NCBI RefSeq assembly: GCF_964355755.1
Contig: NC_092674.1
Coordinates: forward strand, 12,834,001 to 12,898,000
From: Antedon mediterranea
Lineage: Eukaryota; Animalia; Echinodermata
Length of the DNA stretch: 64,000 bases
Reading direction: 5' to 3'
Positions 55,431 through 64,000 of the stretch are shown here, piece after piece. Below the pieces are notes generated by a model. It was not told the origin of the DNA. It saw nothing but the letters and a program-made list of their open reading frames with translations, and made no database searches. A program made the translations under genes and the position numbers. Every line of letters starts with the position of its first letter. The stretch's first letter is position 1.

Positions 55431-58380
55431 AACCAAATAATTATTGAGAGATAGGAATGTTCCATTCACCGCAAATCAATATATTATTTGTATAAATGTA
55501 TAATAAAAAAAAAATTAAAAGCTGTTATCAGCTATTAATAATATAACAATTATCGTAGAAGGAGAAAGGTGTATGCGAAGCAGCCTCTTATTATTGTGTG
55601 TGGGTAATTCTCCAGATAGACATCCATTAGACAATGTAAACCACGATCGGAATTTTCTAACTCAATTTAATTAGTAAACAGGGTTACATCAGGTGTTTAA
55701 AATCAGTACCGAAAGTACAAACCAACTTTACAATAATCCTAGAAGTAACACGCGATTTGCCGAATTTTGCCTTTACGTTAATTTATATATAGATGAAGTG
55801 ACCTTTAAAGTTCAGTATATACATATATTTATCGGCTAAATTTTAGCATAGAAAATATAAGAACCGCGAACATAAGACGTAGGCCTACCCACGGGCCAAG
55901 AGGTATTCTTTTATTATTCAACTATTCTAATGTTTTAACATCGCTAATCGCGCGACCCTTTGAAACTTGTCGTTGTATATGATGTGCGAGCGTGCGCGAT
56001 GCTATATTCTAGGCGTTGGAGTAAACAACCCAACGAAAGTGACAGTAGGGGAGACGTGTAAATGATGGTTGCGAATGAACTGCCGTTGCTTACAAAAGAA
56101 GCATACCGCCTCTCGTAACTACGCATTTTGGTCCCTGGATGTGTATAGCATGGTCCCGGATGTCGACGCGTGGGGCCAACTAAATAAGATAATAGAGTTA
56201 CTGTATAAATAGTTTCGTACAAAGGGACACCAGACAAGAAAATCCTATCCCTAGCAAGTAACTTTGATTCAGATGTTGGTCCTTGCAACTTTGATACAGC
56301 CCAGATATCCACACGTGAACCGCACTGAAAATGAGTTCGTGAATTAGACGTTTTACTGTAATATTAAATATGTTTGTTACTAAAACAAGTTTGATCAAAC
56401 AAATTCTACAATATTAGGGCCTAATAAATCATATTTTTCCTCAGAAATAAGGGGAATGGCGCTTCTGCACACGTGCCTGTTTGTGAGTGAGAATCAATAA
56501 TACACTATATGATTAATTTTGAGAGGTTCAGGGAAGTTACCTTTTACATACTAACAACTTGCGTACGATTAGTGAGATAAGATTGGAACCAATCTCAGTA
56601 CAAATCCTTTTTTTGTAAAACAATTGCCTTTTTTAAACGTCTATAAGATTTATGGTTGAATGAGCTTATTGAAAACCGGATTGGTAAGTATGAATAATTT
56701 TGTTTTTGGAAAGATACATTTCAACATTTCCTCATTTATGATGATAATTAGTGAACAAGGTAAATAAGCCTATGCGTTTTTTTTAAAGTATCTTGGCGAA
56801 TGTTCGTAAAACACACATTAAAACGTGAGGCAACGTATTTTAGGACAGAATATTGTTTTGTTGATAACTATTTTATTATTTGTTTTATAATTATTCTTGT
56901 ATCCGAGATGTTTTAGGGGATTTTCATAATTATTAGGTTTGTCTTAATTTCCATCAATCTTACAAAGAAAGTAATTATATTTAGCTGTTTTGATCGGCCT
57001 AAACCAGGCAAACTAGGATTTGTATATCTTTCCTAAAATTGAAAATAAACTCTTTTATTATCATCCCAATTCAGAGAAAAATTAACAGCGCAAAATCACA
57101 TTCTTCCACCTTTGTCGAGAAAAGTCGACACGCATACATACTTTGATACAGATATTTCGATACCTTCAAAGCCTCTAACAATTTGAAAGATTATTAGGTC
57201 AAGGGGTAAATTTGCTTGTAACATATTGAAACCACACGATTGCTGTTGGAAATATGTAATATTTTAATTTGTTGTAATTACGATTTGGTAGTAAGTACAT
57301 AGAACCCGCTAATTGGTGCGAGGAATGTTCACTTTAATGATGATATATTTAATTTAAGAATTGATCACGTGATATTAACATGTCATTAGACAAATCGATA
57401 TAATAAGTGTTTCAGAAAAGTTATTTATATTGTACTTTATTTTTTATTATTTTTACGCAGTTGTGTTCATTTTTATGAATAAGCAATTCAATGTTATTTT
57501 TCTAGTGCAATAAATGGTCACTAAGGCCAATATTAATAACCCCAGCTTCTTTTACATTATTTTGTACATTAGTAACAATGTTAAAGCAAAGCATGAGCTA
57601 TTTTCTTTCTATTAATATCAACAATAACACATTTCTTATATTTTTATTATACTCCCACAGCGATAATAATAAGTAACAAAAATGGATACGTAGAATTTCC
57701 ATGAAATAGAAATTATATCCAGGTCAACATTTATGTGGTTGGGTAGTAGCACAGCTATCATTTTTATTATGATGTTTAACGTTGGGAAACATGTAGTGTT
57801 AATTCTCACAAGAAGGCATCGTAAAATAAGACAATTTGTTGTAATCATTGCCATTATTAATAAAGAGTATTGTAGTTTACCTCCTAATCAATGATTGTAT
57901 TTCATCAGGTGCGTGGCGTATTTGTCAGTCGATTGCAAATTCCCGCCAAAACGCAACGAATAAAATAAAATGAAAACTGGATTAAAACGGGATAAAAAAA
58001 TACCAAAACACACTGTACATATCCATTTAAAAAGTACTCATGAAGTCGTTTGGTGATCAATATTGCACTTAGATGTTAAACATCCGTCAATTGAGTAAGT
58101 CAATTTTCGATTCTACACCTTTAGTTATACTGCACAGTTTAAATTAACCGATACGTTCAATGGAGCCAGCTAACTGTAAATATCAACAACGGTGTGTTTG
58201 TCACAACAAAACCTACGTTTTTCATGTTATTTACAACGACGTCTTTTTAAGAGTGTTATTTATGCATATTTTAGGTAAGTTATTACCGTCGGTTTACCCT
58301 TTAAACTGAAATTTAAATCATTTTTTTAAATCACACTGAATTATATAGCACCCCTTATTATTAATGTTTGTAACACTTAC

Positions 58381-58479
58381 ATTTTCCTGAAGATCCAATT
58401 TAGCACCTGCCTTGAGCAAATTACTGCAAACATCTGTGTGGCCCTTACTTGCAGCAGAATGTAAAGGTGTCCAACCAAC
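58381..58479 (-). CDS. Ankyrin-repeat exon E2 (99 nt, phase 0/0): VGWTPLHSAASKGHTDVCSNLLKAGAKLDLQEN
   Basis: tttgtaatatttcag|GTT GGT TGG ACA CCT TTA CAT...CAG GAA AAT|gtaagt; canonical TPLH motif, no stop codons. Confidence 0.93.
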
Positions 58480-59370
58480 CTGAAATATTACAAATAATAT
58501 TATTATGTTATAGTATTTTTCACTTTACAACAAACTATTTAATATTGTACTAAAATAAATTAGATGGGATCATGTATAATACTACTTCAATTAAATAATT
58601 AAATTTATATATTTAAAGTATGATAAATTGTAAAAAAATTGCTAACTATAGTTTATTAATATTTGATATTTTCATTGTAAAGTGCATTACAAACGCATTG
58701 CATGGTATTCTTGTGGATGGTACAGTACGTTTTAAACACTTAATAATAACTGTGGAATTTATAAACTGTTACAAATTGTGTAAAATATGGTGTTTCTTTA
58801 TTTCTAATTCTAGACTCAACCTTTTCACAATATTATTTTCTTACCAGTAGAATTATTCTAAAGATATTGACACATTTGAACAATTCCAAATTTTGGAATG
58901 TTATGCACATGTCTATTATAGACCTAATGTGATCAAATAATAGGTCTAATAATTATATTCAGATTAATCAGTAAAAATAAGAAATGCGTTGTTAGTATGT
59001 TATTTAATTTCAAACAACTGTAATCCGTACAGTAACAAACTTGTTACGAGATTAACAAGGAAACGCATTTATATCCGATAAGACGTATTTCATATACAAT
59101 CTTCCATTTTAAGATTTTATTGATTTCTGCATTACAAGGTAGTTTTTTTATTGTAAGATAGTAAAACGTTAAAAGTTGTATAAAGTACATATTTTGTTTA
59201 ATTACTACAATACCAACACATACTTATCAATGCAAGTTACTTTTTGGTAACTTAAAATCAATTGCCATAAACAGGTTGTTAAATGATACTGGTATGTACA
59301 AAAATTGTTTAAATTAAATTAGACTTGTCTTTATTCATTAGGTATAATATGTATGCAAACGTACCAGTTC

Positions 59371-59978
59371 ATTCAAACATTCAAATATTCTTTATTCATC
59401 CTCAATCATGAAAATATACAACAACAATATATGAGAACATAAAAAAGATGAAAAGGAAACACATAAAAACTCAAAAGAGCTTGATTAGTTGTGTCCCCCT
59501 ATGTCCCTAACTAGCCTAAAAAACTAAAACATAAATAATAAAAAAGCTAAATCCTGCAACAAGTATTATTTTTAAAATTATTTGTAAAATGATAATAAAT
59601 GTTCTTTAAACAATGATTTAAATATATATATTGATTTGGTACTTTGTAGTTCCTAATTCAAGTCATTCCACAATTTGGGTCCCACACATGACAAAGAAAA
59701 ACTAGTAGAAGTACGATTACGTTTTCTGAGTCTCATTTTGTCTTTAGATCTTGTATTATAATTATGGTAAGAACCATTTTTAATAAAGAGCGATGAAAAA
59801 CGCACGTCCTGATTAGTAGTAACATTATACATGAAAAGCCCAATTTGGTACTTATTGATATCCGCAATTTTAAGAAGTTTAAATTTATAGAAACATTCAG
59901 TCATTGAATCATAAAACTTTGACCATGTTATAGCTCGTAATGCCCTTTTCTGGAGTTTAAATAACTCATCTAGATAAC
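59371..59978 (-). mobile_element. CR1/L2-group (Crack-like) LINE 3' fragment
   Basis: LFKLQKRALRAIT...HNYNTR...GPKLWNDL (ORF 59653..59904) with a TTTGAA tail; empty site gtaccagttccagaaac at about 13726 and 47108. Confidence 0.8.
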
Positions 59979-60971
59979 TTCCAGAAACGGATTAAACACT
60001 AATTTAATTAGGTAGGGTTATTAATACAAGTATGAAATCAAACATAACAATGGATAATGAATAATTGATTCCCGAAGAATTGTTGAATGAAACTAATATT
60101 TGAACTCAATCATCACCGTGGTGAGTTCGGTATATCCGCGTTAACGCATACAGTGTAAAAACATCTTGAAATACGCATATAATCTATACGCAAAAAATGT
60201 ATAGTGCTGAATTATGTATATTATGTGTCATACAGTATTAAGTGCGAATAACCAAAAAATAAATAGTTTATTTTTCTTCGTAAAACAACCAATGCATTTT
60301 ATGTGATATTTTTCTTGATATAATAGTATAATATTCAATTTGTTGGTGGATATCACTGATACGAGTCCAGTTAAGCACAGTTGTGACATCTATCTACGTC
60401 TATAAATTCCAAGTATTTTATTGTCCGACGTTTTGAACGAAGTTATAAGCCTTCGCATTCAAATGTCAAATGAATACTAATATTGGTTTCCTTTCTACAT
60501 GGAATCAAGCTCTTCCGCTAGTCAACCTTATTGACCAACTCATGGCATTCAGCCAGTTGTGTATTACAGCGCAACATCACATCCCATCCCATTCAAAATT
60601 ATGTACAATTATGTTGTACCATGATACCGTGATACATTTAAAACATTCATGTTTTCACGATGTCGGTGTCACAACAACTTATGCCAACATCGGCAAATGG
60701 GATATGTTTTGAACCGACTGCCATCCTCTGTTCTGTTCTTAAATAAGCGTTTACTAAGTGTATCTAAGTTAACTCAGATTTGTTGCCATCTTACTTCTAT
60801 CACTATGAAGACACTTCAAATGAATATTTTGAATTAGCAAATCAGCAATATTTCATCACATTATTAATGACAATGGGTTTGGTTCATCGCTCTTAATTGG
60901 TGTGACAATCCATATTTCAGCTCAAACGAATCTATACTGAAATTGGGTGCAGTAGAATCTGATAGGAGACC

Positions 60972-62225
60972 TGTTGAACCTAAAAATGTGAAAACGACCA
61001 CAAATGTGAAAACGTATCACCCACAAATGTGAAAACGATCACAAATGTGAAAACTCATCACCCACAAATGTGAAAACAAAATGTAATAAACAGCGCCCAC
61101 AAATGTGAAAACAACAATCGCTCACAAATGTGGTATTGTAGTATTGTGTGCGCAAAAAAAAAAACATCGAACATCGACTTGGAACTATACATACATAACA
61201 GTAGCCAACAAGTTATCAACCAAACACTACATACAAGTAGCAATTTGACCTTGACCTCGTAGTATCGTGTGCGGACGCAAAAAACATCGAACATCGACTT
61301 GGAACTATAGGCCTACGTCCGTCCGAGACTACATTTTTACAGGCCGCGCCACTTAACTTGCCTGAAGAAATAATTCAACTAAACTATTTAAACTATGCAT
61401 GCATATCGCCCTCCTTTTGTTATTTGCTCTCTATAGATGCGACGAAAGACTGCTTGTGATTGGTCAATACTCAACACAGTAACCTGGTACGCGCGGCACG
61501 CTGTACATCCGGTGATTCGTCTCGAAGAAGACAAAATTATTATTTATTCGGCCTCTACCTAATATTATTATTATTAATGTAGGCTCAATGATGAAAATTG
61601 TTCTGTTAATTTAAAAGACCTAGGCCTAAGTGAATATTTTATTGCCAAGGATTCATTAATTAGTAATTATCTGTATATTTTTCTTTACAAGGTAAGGTGC
61701 ATGCAACGCCTAACTATAGGCAGGCTTATTGCATAAAAAGGAGGCCTAGCTACCCGACCCAGTAGTAGATATTCTACTTGTTTTTGGCTATGTAATAACA
61801 GATATCGCTTTTTATATCGGTAAAATATAAGATTTGGCATCCCATTGAAATACAGTAATAATCCAACGCGTTAACGACGACCCTAAGTAACAGACGTATC
61901 GTGAACAAGTATTGAGACAACTCAATATAATCATGGTATATTAACTCGATCAAAATTATTTGAGCCTAGCACTAAATTTGATTTGATTTTTTTTTACATT
62001 GTGGGCGAAAACGTCTTTTTTTTTTACATTTGTTGACGTTATCACATTTGTGGGCGATGATCATTTTCAAATTTGTGGGCGCTGTTTTCACATTAGTGGG
62101 TGATGCGTTTTTACATCTGTGGTTATTTTCACATTTGTGGATGATGCGTTTTCACATTTGTGGTTGTTTTCACATTTGTGGTTGTTTTCACCTTTGTGGG
62201 CGTTTTCACATTTGTGGGTTCAACA
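60972..62225. mobile_element. Ginger-like foldback element, copy 3 (more diverged, internally rearranged)
   Basis: TGTTGAACC...GGGTTCAACA termini, 5-bp TSD AGACC, CACAAATGTGAAAAC subrepeats. Confidence 0.8.
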
Positions 62226-62618
62226 AGACCTCCATAACTGCTGTAACATCAACATTTGAACAAGCAAACTGGGATAACCACATATTCATCACGAAATATC
62301 CTGGGTTCTTTATCATCCCGTTTAATTAATGTAATTAGAATTATATGAACCATCCATTGCTATAAATTGTATTCCACCCTTCCACTGGATCAGTCACTTA
62401 TAATTATGCACCTCAACAGCATTCTTACTGGATCAACCTCACCTGAATTACTCAACATAAAACATTGAAGAGTTCAATTGCGTGACACTTTACAAAATTG
62501 CGCAATTGTTTTGTGGTCTGACGGATTAATTAACACTTTAAATTATAAAATTAAACACTTTTTAATCACACTGAAATATATAGCACATATTATTATTATT
62601 AATGTGTGTACCACTTAC

Positions 62619-62717
62619 TTTGTTCTGAAGATCCAATTTAGCACCTGCCTTCAGCAAAATGGCGCAAACATCCGTGTGGCCGTTTTGTGCAGCCATCTTT
62701 AAAGGTGACCATCCATC
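62619..62717 (-). CDS. Ankyrin-repeat exon E1 (99 nt, phase 0/0): DGWSPLKMAAQNGHTDVCAILLKAGAKLDLQNK
   Basis: Minus strand reads tttgtaatttttcag|GAT GGA TGG TCA CCT TTA...CAG AAC AAA|gtaagt. Open frame of 33 codons matching the ankyrin consensus G-x-T/S-P-L-H-x-A-A-x-x-G-H-x-x-V-x-x-L-L-x-x-G-A. Confidence 0.93.
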
Positions 62718-64000
62718 CTGAAAAATTACAAACATTATGTTATAGTATTTTTCACTCTAAACAAGGTATTATATTATTGTCCTGAAATCAATACGATGTG
62801 ATCAATTAAAAATGATGTTATAGATTTAAATAATGCTACATTGTTAAATTTAATAAAGAGTATAACCCTTTCTTTAAGATAAGTCATATCATATCATATA
62901 TACTTTATTGTCCATTTAAAAAAACAGAAATGTGATTTGAAAACTGGCAAAATACAAAAATATAAATATAAAATACAATTTACAAAACACACACAAAAAG
63001 TTAAGAGGCTAAAAATTATTAAAATTAGATAAATAGGCCTATTATTATTATTTAATTATATTATGTGATTTATTATTTATTGCACTAACGATGATTTAAA
63101 GTTTATATAAAAGCATTAAAAATACATGCGTGAGCTATAAAAATAAACAAAAGCGGTATTGTATACGTATACATTTTTCTTTCTTGTATAACAATTTTTT
63201 ATAGTGCTTTATAAATGTATAAAACAATTATAAATAAGTGTGTTTTTTTGCCTGAAAAGTAAACACTTCATCCGGTAGTGCTAACTAGTCTGAGTGTAAA
63301 TTATGATAAAGTGACCTTTGAACTGGCAGTTACAGCTAACAATATTATATAGGCTCCAAATTCTGTTCAGGTAACACATTTAGACTGCTAAATTCTTACT
63401 ATTAGTTTAATGTTACTGTTACTTGGAGGAGATATATGTATTTTTTAAATATTTTATAATATCAAATACAAATCTCGATTTATATCCATTTATTGTATCA
63501 TTTTGCATAAAATGCAGTGTTGCTCTACAGCACAATACAATGCAAAAACAGAAAAATGAAGAACCACGAAATATCATTTTCTAACATCCAGTGCCCTAAA
63601 GACATATGGTAACAATGATTACGGATCTATTACGAGAGGTGATGGACCTTTTCTTTGAACGTCAAAATTGTGCATTGGATAGGTTGGGTTTTGCAAAATT
63701 AAATGTGTTTCCTCAGTAAAGTCTCTTATAAAAATGAATCAAATTGAGATCTGCTTAAGTACTGTACAGTAGTCCTATACGTGAAGCATAACTAACAATA
63801 CGTTCCACCAAAGTCTTACATGTGCCCCTGGTAAACTATAAAAAAATGAATAATGAGAATACTTTCAATGACAGATTTATAAAAAAAAAAAGACGTACAT
63901 GCCTAATGAGAGGGGTAACTCCAAAAGATTTGGATTTTTTACGCAAAGGTAAAGCCTATTTGATATTAGGTTATTTTCCTTTTTTTTCTGGGTTACTGTA

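Noticed and set aside
60541-62540. TGA-as-Trp (mitochondrial or Mollicute code) origin for the unknown coding relic, because several in-frame stops are TGA
   Set aside because: TGG codons are also used, and one homologous site is TGA in one copy and TAG in the other (about 28277), which fits decay from TGG or CGA.
27300-62800. V(D)J-like recombination signals or a diversity-generating retroelement acting on the ankyrin exons
   Set aside because: No CACAGTG-spacer-nonamer flanks the exons. Differences between exons are not adenine-specific, and all RTs here are ordinary defective LINE or gypsy RTs. Somatic rearrangement cannot be inferred from this sequence.

Overview
AT-rich animal genomic DNA (spliceosomal introns and invertebrate-type transposons; a marine invertebrate is my inference only), mostly nested transposable elements and locally duplicated blocks. 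The ORF track misses the main host feature: five 99-nt, phase-0/0, GT-AG exons on the minus strand (62619-62717, 58381-58479, 43775-43873, 35762-35860, 27401-27499), each encoding one 33-aa ankyrin repeat. Their scaffold codons are nearly identical even at third positions, while the predicted binding-face codons vary strongly. Each exon sits in a homologous intronic cassette, and one paralogous cassette (around 2088) lacks its exon. This looks like part of an exon-per-repeat ankyrin gene under repeat birth/death and surface diversification, possibly an immune or recognition receptor (inference). The gene's ends are not in the window. Mobile elements include a disabled Mag-like Ty3/gypsy element with identical 155-bp LTRs, three Ginger-like foldback elements with 5-bp TSDs, an EnSpm/CACTA relic, two hAT-like elements with 5-bp TSDs, Harbinger and Tc1-type MITEs, Helitron-like elements and many LINE fragments. 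All calls were made by eye, without database searches.
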